Shown here: piece after piece, positions 32,770-45,500 of the stretch
Layout: every line of letters starts with the position of its first letter
Numbering within the stretch: the stretch's first letter is position 1
Assembly: GCA_054600435.1 (NCBI GenBank)
Contig: BAAIJX010000007.1
Coordinates: forward strand, 434,001-498,000
Source: Neophaeotheca triangularis
Taxonomy: Eukaryota
Length of the DNA stretch: 64,000 nucleotides
Reading direction: 5' to 3'
Notes under the pieces: generated by a model
What the model was told of the DNA's origin: nothing
Seen by the model: only the letters and a program-made list of their open reading frames with translations
Databases searched by the model: none
Made by a program: the position numbers and the translations under genes

Positions 32770-35055
32770 TCATCGCCCAGAAGCAATCCCAAACCGATTC
32801 TTCGGCCCCATCAACACCTCGGCCTTGATCAACAGCCTCACCTCCTCCTGCCCCTCCCCAGCCTCCCCCAGCCCAAAAGCAACCTCCCTCCACCCCGCCT
32901 TGGTCGTCGACAGCGCCACCGAAGCAAACGCCCTCAAATCAAACCTCGCAACATCCACCGTCGGATTCCTGTACACCATAACGGCCGGCTCAATGTCCAC
33001 GCCCAGCCGATAAGTAAAAGGCTCGAACCGCGTCGGCGTCTCCTCCAGCCGGACTTTGAGCCGGAGGTAGCCTTTGACTAGGCGCAGCAGCTCGCTGCGG
33101 AAGTAGTCGCCGCGGTTTTGCGTCTCCGTGACGGGCGCGAAGATGCGTTCGAGCTCTTCGGCCCGCGATTGCGAGAGCATGTCTAGCCAGTTCCAGAAAC
33201 CGGGGCTGGTTTTTATGCGTTCCGCGAGGTGGGCGCGGGTTTGGGCGCTTTCGCTGCGCGCGCGGGGGGTGCTAGTGGGGGTCAGTCGGGTGGTTATCTC
33301 GGCTTCGCGGGCGGCGGCGAAGGCGTGGCTGTGCGGCGAGGAGAAGTCTTCCAGTAGCGGTTTCTCCAGGATGTTGGTTAGGATTTGCCGGTTTAGCGTG
33401 CCCAGGACGACTACCCGCTGGTATGCGGGGCTGTGGTTGATTATCTCGTCCGAGTGTTGGCTGCTCCCGATGTGGCTTTGCATCAGGTGGATGAGGTAGA
33501 GTGTCGGCTGGGCTTTGGAGGTGCGGTCGATGGCTTTGACGAAGAAGCGAGTTGCTAGCTTCTCGGTCATGTCGTTCTGCAGGATCATCGCGTCTTTGAT
33601 GCTCTTTTGCTGGTTGGGAGGCTGGCCACTGGCGCCCGGGCTACCACCGTGCTGGGTGAATTGAGGGCCTTCACGCTGGGAGACCGACGAAGCACCGCCT
33701 CTGGGTGCGCGAGATGGGGTCTGGGCGTATCCTGGGGGCCCTGACGGTGCAGCCGCCCCGGTGGAGATGCGGAGGGGAGTGCGTTGTGGGAGATTGTGGC
33801 TACCCCGACGAGCACCGTACGAGGGGTTGGGAGCGCCCGAGGCCCATCCACTCCCCCCTTGCTCGGGAGGGGAGGTTTGAAAACCCTGTGCTTGCGAGGC
33901 ACCGTAGCCCCTGTATTCTGGCGATGGCAATGGCACACCACCAGTAGGCGAGTTGACAGGGTAGCTTTGGCTGCCCGGGGATTGTGCGTAGGCGGGCTGA
34001 GGACCCCTCATACCAGCCCCCTGGCCGGGGATACCACTCCCAGGGAGGCGCAACTGCGGGTGCTGGGAGAATGCAGGGCTACCCAGCACCTCATCGTGGT
34101 ATCTCAGCCTCGCGTTGTCTTGCCCGAGGATCTGGACATTCTGCTCGGCGATCCTTTCCAACCTTTGAGATCGCTCATCCATGATGGTCAGACGGTTGTC
34201 TGTGATCTCCTGTCTCCTGGCGAGATCGGCCGTGCTGACGTTGTGGGCGCTGTTGTCCCTTTCCAGCCTCCTGAAGCGGTCGGTGGCCTCGGACTGCTGC
34301 CTGCTTTGCTCACGCGAGAGGGTAGCCTGGCCGAGTTCGAGATTCTCAATGCGCCTCGCGAGATCGTGCTCGCTCATGCGCGTGGGGGTAGAGAATTGAT
34401 GGGCTCTAGGCTGGCGCGATACTGTCGACGGCGCTGCGGAGTGCCCAGGCGTATTGCCGCGTCTTCTGCTGGTGTGTTCGGGTCCGGTGATACTCCCAGC
34501 ATTCAACACGGCGCTGCCCAGTGACAAACCAGCGTCGCCAGCGCCAGAGCCGCCACTGGGAAGGCGACGGCTCTCTGGACGCTCAGCCCCTGGTGTGCGG
34601 CGACCGGCTGGAGCGAGCTGCATGGCATTGGACGGAGCACCGTAGGCTGGGTCCTGACCATAAGGGCCATGGCCAGTTGGTGTTCCTTCTCGACCAGCAG
34701 ACGACCGGAGAGCCACCGAGGTTGCACGGCTGTGACTGGCTTGACTCCCCTGGCGAGAGACAACCATCTGTTGCGATGGCGTGCGTGTGGATTGGTGGGG
34801 AGGAGGTGGTGTGCTCTGGTACGCCTGTGAGACCCTGCGGCTAGACGAACCCGAAGCTCTATCACCCGAGGTGGGCGTGGTATTAGGGTTTGAAGCACCA
34901 GCATTGGTGCCACGGCGAGAAAGCACCATGTGCTGTGAAGGCGCATTGGCCTGATCGGAGGGACGAGAAGGGGTGCTGGATGATGCCTGAGAGACTCTAC
35001 GGGAGTCAGGGGCAGACGCATCCCGGCCGGAGGACTTGCGGGAAGGAGTAGACAT
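32770..35055 (-). CDS. Hypothetical protein: S/P/G/R-rich disordered N-terminus, central coiled coil, helical C-terminal domain
   Basis: Uninterrupted ~760-codon ORF from ATG 35055 (MSTPSRK); no family recognised. Confidence 0.75.
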   Translation of the reverse strand: MSTPSRKSSGRDASAPDSRRVSQASSSTPSRPSDQANAPSQHMVLSRRGTNAGASNPNTTPTSGDRASGSSSRRVSQAYQSTPPPPHQSTRTPSQQMVVSRQGSQASHSRATSVALRSSAGREGTPTGHGPYGQDPAYGAPSNAMQLAPAGRRTPGAERPESRRLPSGGSGAGDAGLSLGSAVLNAGSITGPEHTSRRRGNTPGHSAAPSTVSRQPRAHQFSTPTRMSEHDLARRIENLELGQATLSREQSRQQSEATDRFRRLERDNSAHNVSTADLARRQEITDNRLTIMDERSQRLERIAEQNVQILGQDNARLRYHDEVLGSPAFSQHPQLRLPGSGIPGQGAGMRGPQPAYAQSPGSQSYPVNSPTGGVPLPSPEYRGYGASQAQGFQTSPPEQGGSGWASGAPNPSYGARRGSHNLPQRTPLRISTGAAAPSGPPGYAQTPSRAPRGGASSVSQREGPQFTQHGGSPGASGQPPNQQKSIKDAMILQNDMTEKLATRFFVKAIDRTSKAQPTLYLIHLMQSHIGSSQHSDEIINHSPAYQRVVVLGTLNRQILTNILEKPLLEDFSSPHSHAFAAAREAEITTRLTPTSTPRARSESAQTRAHLAERIKTSPGFWNWLDMLSQSRAEELERIFAPVTETQNRGDYFRSELLRLVKGYLRLKVRLEETPTRFEPFTYRLGVDIEPAVMVYRNPTVDVARFDLRAFASVALSTTKAGWREVAFGLGEAGEGQEEVRLLIKAEVLMGPKNRFGIASGR

Positions 35056-35273
35056 CTTGGATGTTTCTCGAAAACTCCTTAGTATTCGGGAGATAGTAGG
35101 ATGCTTATTGGTCACTGTAGTCTTCACTTGTCGTTACTCTTCGCTTTCACCCGTCGTTGTTAGAGTATATCTAAGTTTTGTTAGTAATATGCTCTATCGT
35201 TAAAACCGAACTGCACTACACTATACCTCTTTCAAAATAGTATCCGAGAGTAAAGGGGTTTCGGAAGAGAAGA

Positions 35274-35351
35274 TCGTAGATGTATATCGTAGATATGTAT
35301 CGTAGATATGTGTCGTAAATGTGTATCGTCGATGTATGTCGTAGGTGTGTA
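35274..35351. repeat. 13-bp minisatellite, six degenerate copies (consensus about TCGTAGATRTRTR)
   Basis: tcgtagatgtata/tcgtagatatgta/tcgtagatatgtg/tcgtaaatgtgta/tcgtcgatgtatg/tcgtaggtgtgta. Confidence 0.8.
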
Positions 35352-35779
35352 TTATCGAAGTAAGGTTGTATGTTCGAGGAGAGGAAAGGAGAGGAGATAG
35401 ACAAGGAGGAACAGAAGAGGCGCCGGAATAGCTTCGCGGGAGTACGCGCTAGTGTTTCCGCTTTTGGATCGATAGTAGCCGAAAAGAGAAGGATGAAGTC
35501 CTTTCTAAGCAAAGTGATTTAGCAGCATACTCCAGCAGATGTCTGATATGTAGGTCGAGCAAAAGCGTAGAGTGGGTATGAGAATATCGCCTCCCCGAGA
35601 GGAGCCTTGTAGAGCTGTGCTCAGGGGAAGGATATCAGGGTACTGTGATATGGCTTACCTTGGTAGAGTTGTTGCTTGATCTGCCTTGTTGGTCGAGTGT
35701 GTTGTGTAGAAGAGAAAGGGTGTTATGTAGAAAGGAGAGGGTCGAGGGAAGCCTCCAGGCCGGAAGTGTTTCTCGCTAG

Positions 35780-37200
35780 CGTGGGCCTGTGCTACGTAGT
35801 GCCGAAAGGGGTAATACCAGATCGTCTACTTCACTCGAAGTTGAAGCCGTGCTAGCAGTGCCGGTACTGGGTCCTCGGAAAGTTCGCGCAAGAAGATCCT
35901 TGGTCGAAAACGAAGGTGAGGCAGGTGTTGCAGATACGGTCAGGACTTGAAGCACAGTACCCTTAGTGTAGTCGTCGAAGGCTAGTGGATGATGTAGAGA
36001 GTATGTGCTGTTTGTAGTAGTGTAGGCTTTAAGGTTGTCAAAGGGTGGAAGCGGAAATCCAGGGGAAGCTGAAGGAATCTCACGTGTCGCCAAGACATTC
36101 GACCGATGTCGACCACCCAAGGCCCACCACATGCTGTCGCAATGGTGAAGCTTGAGAGGGCGCCATTATTGAGCATCCCGTCCTCCTGGAACATCTGGTG
36201 GGCCTTGTCGGGCTTCCGAATCCTATCGTCGTCGATCTGGACCCCGTTTGGGATGACAGGGGTAAATCTAGAATCAGAGCACAGCTAGAGCGCTTCGACC
36301 CCAGCCAGAAAGCTGGCAAAAGATCACAAGTCGGCGATAGCAACTCTCGTAAAGTCGCTCGTACCGAGCGCCGTGTCATGCACTATTGCAGAGTCGGCGT
36401 TGCTGGACGCCGCGGCAAGACACGGAAAAATCCTGGAATAGCGAATCGTCTGGCGAAGACTGGCTCTCTGCTGCCATCCACTTTGAAGAGCTTATTCGGC
36501 GTATCGACCCTTTCTCGGACACCGCAAACTTCCTCCAGAAGTCTGCTTCTTTTCGTTTTCTGCGGCCGGAGGACGTTCCGGCCGCAAAGGCAAAGGTCGG
36601 GGGTTTCATTTGCGTCTTACTGTACCGTTTCTGCGCGCCGCCCGGCTCTGTTGTTTCCCAAGGAGTGCTCTTATACTTCTTCATATCGATGGCTCACTGA
36701 GATCTTCTCAGCTGCCGTATAGTATGCTTTGTCATGTAGTGCGCTGAACGTGATGATGCTGACCGCTGAGATGGATTGCTGCCACGAACGATGCGGTAGC
36801 AATGGCAGGACATCCGAGGCTGGTGTCTCTTGGAGCGATCGGCAACAGCGAAGGTCATGGTTGATGCTGTTGATTGCCTCGCTGAAGGTCCACCGCCACC
36901 GCGACACTCTCCAGTGCTTTTCGAGAGGGCGAGGTAAAGATCGAAGCGGAATGCAGAGTTGGGTAGTGTATGCATAGACTGCCGGCCGGGGCCCTTGTAG
37001 CTTCAAGAGCGAGAGGTAGGGGAGGAATTTGCCGCTAGACAAGCCGACAAGAAATGAATTCGAGCCAAACTGCCATCCAAAGGCGGTAGTGTCCTCGTTG
37101 TCGGTTAAAGTCGACACCAAGAGAAGCGAGGGCGCACTGCCAGCTAGGGGTAAATGTTAGACAGGAAGGGAAGGTAGCCAGAGGTAGGAAAGAGGATGTT
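35780..37200 (-). pseudogene. Possible decayed F-box/LRR-like gene
   Basis: F-box-like WLPSLPV*HLPL...LLVSTLTDNEDTTAF near 37170-37080 and LRR-like FLAGVEAL*L, WRHVRFLQL and TTLRVLCF downstream, broken by stops and frameshifts. Confidence 0.3.
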
Positions 37201-39060
37201 CGTGAAGAAGCTGAATGTGAAGCCGCTAAGCGTGTCAGTACTTTAAACCAATGCCGCTTCACGAGAAGCTCCCGCTGTATCGCTTAAGCTCTTTCGAACG
37301 AACGGAGATTGCCTTTCCTATTACGCTGCCGCCCACACCGTTCTATAGGTTGACGCTATGGGTTGGCTCATTCTAGTAATAGCGACAAAGATCATCCATA
37401 TTCAGGCAATTGATGACGGCTACGATCCCTTGTTAGGTGCCCCAGTCAAAAGCCGCGCGTAGACAAAGCAATCAACGAACGGGAGAGGACAAGACTGGAA
37501 TACACGGGAGGCGGCTAGGACGACCGCAGTTGCTGGGCAAGGCACAAAGAATAAGTGACTTCCTTCGAGCAGCGTTGCAGCTCCTGCAAGGCGGCACGAG
37601 AGGCCTCGCAACGAGATGGGCGCTGCTGCGTTGGCCGCTGAAGCGATGGTCGCGACGAGACGGAGCGGATCGGAGGACCAGCGAGATGGCTCGGTGATGA
37701 TCTGGACGTAATCAGGCCGCATGTAACCAGGCAGGAGTAGGATCGAGCTTGAGAATCGATGAGAGCGTTACAACAACCAGGCTGACCATAGCAGCCAGGA
37801 CGGACCAGCGATATCCGTTCGATGGAGAGACGACCAGAACGGGACCATAGGGAGGATAGCGAACCGCGACGCTGACTAGGTTGATGGTCGGAAACATGGA
37901 CAACGCTATACGTAGCAAGCGACTTTGCTGAAAAGAGCACGCATGCGAGAACGATCGATGCCAGCATGGACACTACGCTGGGCTAGGGCGGGCAAACCGG
38001 AGCTTCATCAAGAAGCCTACAGGACACTGATCGGGCGAGAGCAAAACTCTTTCGAAGGCCGACTGAACATCTACGCTACGCCGCCGTGCGGAATCTTCGG
38101 GCTATTTGGGAGAGCGGGATTTCAAAATGCAAGCGAAGGTTAGCACGGATGCATTACACCAGCTGGGAGAAAACGTACCCTAGGACGAATTTGCTTTTAA
38201 GCATCTTTTAACGTACTGCCGAATTAACGGGCCGTGATCCGGATGGAAGAGCTGAGGTGGACATCAGGTGGCTCTAACGGTAGAGCGCAGGCATAGTTTC
38301 CTCTCCGTGGTAGGAGGCAATGGCTAGTAGGAGTGATCAGGCTACAGGTATAGTCATGTTCAATGGCCTCTTGAGGACTCACTCCCAAGACTGCGAAAAA
38401 GCCCATGGCGCAAGAGAGCACGACACCCTGGTCGATTGCCTAACGGGATTGGGTAGAAACTAGGAAGAGGCTCAATCAGGAACCGGGAACGGAGCAAACG
38501 CCTTGAAAAGAAGTAGCGCCGACAGGCCCGGAAAAGTAATCAACAGACACGGTAGAAGATAAGTAGACCGAGAGACAGCAGATCAGATAGGAAAGACATA
38601 TCTACCTACGCCAACGGGAAGGAGCTCGCGAGCGGCAAAGAACAGTACTACCTTACGAAGACCAAATAGATGATCTTGATTTCATCTGAGAAGTAAAGAG
38701 CCTACATTGAAAAAGGAACGTTTACGCGTACGCGGAGCGCAGCAAAGCCTACAGGAAAGGGGCGTATTACTTGTACCTCGCAACAAGCGGCTGGACGACT
38801 GTGGTTTCAACCAAATGGAAATGGCGCTGCATCAGTGTCAACGAGCATTCGAAACCCACGAGCACGGCATCACGAACAAATTACAGCGTCTTTCTCTACA
38901 AAGAAAAGGGGTGAAAAGAGAGAGGGGCCATACCGAGAGCCGGGACCCCCAAGAGAGAGGGTTTTTGGTTGCAAAAGCATTAATTGGTTTTCTGCTAACG
39001 CCAGACGCATCGCAAAGCGTCGTAGAAACAAGACCTTTTGAAATTCCCGCAGTTTGCATG

Positions 39061-39089
39061 TTCCCATTTCCCATTTCCCATTTCCCAAT
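39061..39089. repeat. (TTCCCAT)4 heptamer tandem repeat
   Basis: ttcccatttcccatttcccatttcccaat. Confidence 0.8.
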
Positions 39090-39559
39090 CTCGGTTAGCC
39101 GCCGGAGTTCCCATTCCATTTAACGCCCAAAAAGTATTAACACCCCCAACGCTGCGTATCCGGCGGCTGCCGGGTAACAACGTTTTGAGTGAAGAAAGAA
39201 AGGAAGACAAGAAGCATTCGCAATTACTGTCGGCCACGCCGGCTGTTTGAAAATATGAGTGAGGCAAGCTAGAGCTCGCAGCTTCCATGTGCACAGTGAA
39301 GTGATCAAGTGCCGTGATGCTGAAGCGCCTTTTCTAGTTCCTTCCGCCAAGGTGTGGGTCGATGTCCATTCTATGGGAGCGGTGAGTTTCGTTGCGTCGG
39401 GAGAGCGACGAGCCGTTACGTGCGGTATCGTAAGCGTGGCTGAGGGGCAAACGAAATAAGGATGTGTATTGCGAAAAGGTCGCACGCGTTGCAGATGTAG
39501 GTGGAGATGATGAGGCGATCCCTGGGGTTCAAGCTGTCATCGTGTGGTAGGTGAGGCGC

Positions 39560-41487
39560 TCACTTCGGGGCGTTGGGAAAGTTCATGTTGTAGATGGTCT
39601 CCGAGATGTAGTCGGCAGACAGCATCTTTCCGTCGAAGAAGCGACCGTTGAGGTTGCGGTAGGCCTTGGTGGCGCCGGCGACAACCTGGAACTTGAGGTA
39701 GACCTCACCCTGGGAGATGTCCCCGCCAATGCCGCTGTGGAGGAGGGTGCCAAAGTTGTTTTCGGCCTCGCCCTTGAAATCGGCCTCGATATCGTCGCGG
39801 CCTTCCTTCGTGGCCACACTAAAGTAAGAGTGTTTAGCATGGTATGTCAGAGGGGTATGTGAGGTAACTTACTCTGATTCCTTGAAGCAGTTCTTGACGA
39901 GGAGGCAGCGGGTGGGGTCTGGGGCGGCGACGACCTCCTTCTTGCGCTCCGGCTTAGGAGCAGTCTTCTCCTCACGGTTGGTGCGGGAAAGCTTGCTCAT
40001 GAGGTCGTGGCGGTCATACTTGGCGTAGTTCATACCTTCGCCATTAAGATCCGCGTCGTCCAGAGCAGAGGCGTTGGATGCATGCTTATCCTTCTCGCGA
40101 TTGCCGCCGCCACCACCCATGCCGCCGTTGTAGGGTCGACCACCAAGACCGGAGAAAGAGGAGCCCTGAGCTGCTGGCTGACGTTGGGATTGTTCGTGGG
40201 CTTCGGCTTGAGCATCGAAGCGCTGAAGGAGGCTTTCGGTGCTCTCGTTAGTGAACTTGTCGCTGCCAAGTCCAACACGGATGGGGCGACCGGCGATGTC
40301 GAATCCATTGAGATCGTTGAGAGCGGATTTGGCGCTGGAGTAGAGCTTGTATCTGGAGGGGAATGTTTAGCAGCTGTTGGTTAGTTGAGGGTTAGAGGCG
40401 GACCTACTGGACGAAGCCGTAGCCCTTGCTGCGCTTGTTGTCGTCCTTTTGGATGACCAAGTTCTCAATGTCCCCGTACGACGCGAAGATTTCTCTAAGC
40501 ATCTGGTCCGTCACGTTGAAGTGAACATTTCCGACGTAGAGACGGTGGAATGGAACGCCGTTCGCGAGCGTGCCAGCACCACCGACGGCACGGCTCTGAC
40601 GGTTCTTTTCCGCCTCGGTGACCTGTACGATGACGGGAATACCGCCAAGCTTCTGCCCTGTCATATTGATAGCATTGGCCACACTTTCCTCTTCGAAGAA
40701 CTCCACGTATCCAACGCTGGTCTTGTTAATACTATGTCAGTGATAACAGTATGACGGAGACTTACCCCTTGCTGCGACCTGACACTCTGTCTTTGACAAT
40801 TTGTGCTTCTTTGACGCGGCCAGCGGCCTCGAAGAACTTTTCTACTTGGCGGCTACGCACGCGGTTCGCGATCTGCTGGACGAAGACGGTGCGGCGATCA
40901 CGGTCGTCTGTGGTCGGAGGAGGTGTGGATTGTCGACGACGTGCGGGGGAGCGCTCACGTGGAGGCCTCGAGCCACCATCGCGACGGGGAGAACGGGAGC
41001 GCGAGCGCGATCGACGACGAGTATCATCACGCCTTCTGTCGTCGCGCCTTGGCTCTCGGACACGGCCATCCTCACGCGGGCGGTACGAATCTAAACCACG
41101 AGTGTCATGTGGGCGAGGCGAGTGCCTTGGGCCAGCCCTTCTGGACGAAGTACGGTTAGCTCTGTCCGCATCGCTGTCATTGCTCAAGTCATCAGAGTGT
41201 CCGCGGGACCGGCGGCTACGTCGTTCGTTGTTCTCTTCGCGCTCTTCACTGTACCTGTGGAGGGGGCGGCGATCGCCAGGTCTGAAGGAGGATGATGAAT
41301 CCGGGGCAGCGCGGCCGCGGTGAGAGTTTGCGCGTGGAGAGGCGGTAGGATTGCGCTCGCCATTGCCATTAGTGCCGTTGGTGTTATCGCGCTTGGTCGC
41401 CTCGGCTGCCTGCTGATCAGTGAACTCCAAAAGCTCCTCCGCTGTCCAAGAGGACTTCCCGTTGTCGCGGTCGGGAGGCTGCGCCAT
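39560..41487 (-). CDS. RBM39/CAPER/Rsd1/Pad-1-like RS-domain splicing factor (2 RRM + UHM)
   Basis: Exons 41487-40766, 40716-40408, 40352-39873 and 39818-39560. RS/RD region, [55 protein letters not shown] and LNGRFFDGK. Confidence 0.87.
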
Positions 41488-42575
41488 GTTGTTGGTAGTG
41501 CACTTCGGGGAGTTGAGCGGCAGACTTGCTGTTGTTCAGTGGTATGCTATGCTTGCGGCTGGTAGTAGCCAAGGTGAAGAAGTCAAAGCAATACGCGGGT
41601 GAACTGCAAGGTGTGTAAGAGGGCGGTCGGTGGAGGATGAGGGGCTACAGGTTTTTGTAGTACCGGGTCCCGCTGTGCGCAGCTGTGCGGCTGGTGACGC
41701 AGTGCGGCTTGGCAGGCGGTGCTGTCGTCGTCGTGTGCGCGTCTGGTTGTTGTGGTGATTCTGCAGGTGATGTGAGGTCGAATGCGGTTTGCAAAGGAAT
41801 GGAAGGTAGGGAAGTAGCTTGCGAACGAGAGAGGAAGGCACGACGTCGTTTGGAGATTTGAACAGCGCTAGAGCGGGGCCCGCTTGGCTTGGCAACTGAT
41901 ATGGGTCCGTGCGTTCTGGCTTCACTGCGCTCCGCAAGAGACCCTATACAGATACGGGTATATCTCAATATTAAACAATGCAAAGTACTGTACGTTGATA
42001 TTAGAGATAGCTGTTGGTGTTCTCTTTCATTTGATTCCACTTTCGTCCAGATCGCCCCGCTGAAACGCGAGTTATGTGGACATATCCAGATCCTCCCTCG
42101 CGGTCGACCAAGTCCCACTGACTGTCGACCAACGGCCGCAAGTTCTCAGAGAGCAATAAACACTGATCTAAAACCTTGCAACAATGCAGTATCCTCAAAA
42201 TACGAGCTGCAGCTTCCTCTCACAAGGTCGAGCTATGACAGTCATGGCGGGGAAACTTTCACACTGAGGGAGGGAGCTCTCAAGGATGATTCGCGGTTCA
42301 TGAATTTAGCTAAACTATACTACTGAATGCTATGCTCAAAGAGTGGAGTTTGTAGTGCCCGTTCCCCAGTGTTCAATGACACGTACTCCTTTCCTAGTCC
42401 CTCGAGACTTCAACGCCGTGAGCCAACAATCGCAACAGCATCCTTTCGAATACGCAAGAAACCATGCTGCTGCTGCGCCCAACGTGAAATTGATGTCCAC
42501 AACCTCTGGAAAGCTTTCCTGAGCTTACTTAGCCCTCTCATGGTATCATTCTCAATCCTCCGACGATGTTCTCAC

Positions 42576-45500
42576 TCAGACTTCCCCCTTCACCATCTCC
42601 AAAAGCTCCAACAAATCCTTTCCCTCCCACTCCGCCCCCTCCAAGCCCGCCTTCTTAACCCAATACCCCTTCTCGCCCTCCCAGCCCATCTCTTGAGTCT
42701 GCACTTTCCACAAAGCCAACACGGCCTTGTCCTGGGCGTTGAGAGTGCTGCCGGGTTTCATGAAACGCGAGAGGTGCTGAAAGCGGGTTGTTCGCTGGCG
42801 AGTGCTACGAGTAGGAGGAATGAAGGCAGCGCGGAGGCGGGATACGGGAGCCGGGGCGGCCATGGTGGGTGTGAATCTTGGTGTCGTGCTCCAGGTGCCA
42901 GCGTATGGGTATGAGGGTCTAGGTGCGAGGGTGTAGGCGGACGCGAACGCGGGCTGAGCGTACGAGGGAGCGAATGCGGGCGGGGCGTATGCGGGATACA
43001 AAGGCTCATAGTTGTGGTATTGCGACGCCAGCTGCGGCTGCGGCTGATACGTCTCGTAGGGCTTGGGGTTCGGGATGAAGGTCTCTGCGTACGCTGATAG
43101 CTCGGAACAACGAGTGCTTTCGGTGATGGGAGCATCTTGAGGAACCGAATCGTCTGGACCATCTAGCTGCTGGAGCGTGCGGGAGATCGGGCGAAGGGTG
43201 GTGCTGCTCTTCTTGACCGGCGATGGCTCATCGAACGCACCATCAAGCTGCATCGTGAAAGGATTGGAGTTGGGCGCGGCAAGCCCATCGTCGCTGGCGA
43301 GGTCTGTGCCGGCGACCACTCCTTCGTCTGCTGGGGACGTACTCTTGCCAAATTCAAGCATGCTGTCCCGCACGGAGCCCTGCTCGTCTCCGCTGCCTAC
43401 CGCAATGACCTCCAACGGTTCATTGAGCTTCTGCTGAGTACCGGTGACTCCTTTGGCACCATCGTTATCCTTGGCCGTCTGCTGCACCGTTTCCGGCTTG
43501 TTGCTATTGCCCTTGACCGATGCCTGCTTAGCAGAGGTTTGCTTACCGTCAGCAGACCAGGATTGCAACAACTGGCTCGGAAGGTACTTGGGGCTGTTCA
43601 GTGGCATATCGAAGGAGGAATCGTTGCGCTTCGGTTGCGTCTGCTGTACAGGCGAGCCTTGCACCTCTTTCTCGGAACCTATCGCCGGCTTGAACCAATC
43701 TGACATAGGCTGATCGAATCCGTAGACGCTCTTGCCAGCATAGGGTGGCTTGAAGATTTCGTCCGCCAAAGCCTTCATAGTTGCTGAAGGGCCGCTTTTC
43801 GTCTTGGTTTCGGGCTTGCAGAGCGAGCAGAGCCACCCCTCTTGCTTGGGATTCTCTTGTTTGACGCAGCTGACATGGTACCAACCACATGTGCATGTCT
43901 CGTTCGAGCATTGCACCATCTCGCCACTGTCGGGCTGGTGGCAACTGCATGAAGATGGCAACAACGGAGACTTCGCGGCTGATTGACGCATGTTTGATGG
44001 AATTTCGCCATATTGCAGCGTTGGGGACATAGTAGAAAGGTTCGAAGGCGGCGGGAATTCTTGAAGGGCGCTCTGGTGGAAGCCAGGCGTGGGAGGCTCC
44101 TCGAGCAGATCGGTATAAGGCACGCCGAACACATCTTTGCTGACATGAGGCCTGAACAAGGTGTTGACGGTCTTGCCAGCGGCGTTGCGCAAATTCTTAA
44201 CAGGCACCTTTTGTCCCGGCTCCAAGCTCTTCAACAACTCGTTGCGCTTAGTATTCATGTTGGAGACCTTGGCTTCTGTCTTGGCGACCTTTGCCGCGTA
44301 GTTGTCTGTCGTGGCTTTCTTCCTGTCAAGCTTTTGCGTTGGATCAATTGCGAGAGGATCAGCGTCTTTGTCAACCTTCGGACTTGCCATTGCGTTGGAC
44401 GATTTGAGACGGATCGAACGGCGAGGCTCTGGATGAGTGGGGGACACTGAAGGCTCGACACGGATTTTTCCACCACCCAGAGGTTGCGCTGAGGTGGATT
44501 GAACGTTCTGGACTCCATTGAAGGCTAGAAGACCTTGTGGCGAAAGACCACCGAGTGGCGCTAGTGCGGACGTAGGGTGAATGGTAGCCTTCCGCTTTGA
44601 CATCCTGGCAATGCTGGATGAATCTGACGATGATGTGTCAGTTAGTGACTCTTTTGCGCGCGATGAAATGTCTGTATCCTGAGATATGCCGGTGTCGGTA
44701 CCTGAGGCTTTGCGGTGTTCACCACACTTTGCAGCAGACGCAAGGACCTCGTCACGGAACCAATAGCCAAGCTCGTCCTTACCATCAGGTCCATCACCGC
44801 CTTCGTCAGACTGCTCTTCTGCCGAATCGGCAGCGCCATCGATGCCAGAAATGGAAGGAATCCCTTCAGTGAGCTTCTCGACTTCACCTGGTATCGCCTG
44901 GTGATCGGTAATCGTAGGAGAAGGCGACGGAACCTCGCCAATCATGCCTTGGCCGTTCCAGATTATCTCAAGGCAGCGCAAGCAGAACATGCGAGCAAAT
45001 TTTGATTGTCCCTCGACCGTGCCGATGGTCACGTAGTAGCATCCCGCGGGAATGCGGTGGGATTTTGAGCGAAAGTCGGGAAAGCCGCAAACAGATCCCT
45101 CGCGCCCAGAGAACTCGAGCACTAAAGGATCGCCTCTTCTGATTCCTTGTTTGATCTCACGCATCACACTGCGCAGACCTTGGTCGTATTTCTCTAGGTG
45201 ATGTTCCTCGTCTTCATCCACGTCGCTCCCAGGGCCTTTAGACCGCTTTGGCTGGCAGCACCATCCGGAGTACTCTGGCGCCGAGGATCCCTGTTCTTCG
45301 CGGAGGCGTATCTTTTGAAGCATCTCTGCGACACAAGCAGGAAGCGGTCCGTCGTCCTCCATAATCTTTGTGTAAGAGCCGGGCCCTGGGTTCTTGAGGT
45401 AGACTTCGTCGTGGTCGGTGTCGACGTGAACACTCCCGTCAACACTGGAGTCTTCTCCGTCCTCTTTGGAAATCTCTCCATCTCCATTTGTGGTATGGTG

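Noticed and set aside
35200..39500. Transposon or Starship remnant in the ORF-poor gap
   Set aside because: No transposase, RT, integrase or tyrosine recombinase motifs, no terminal repeats, and not AT-rich.
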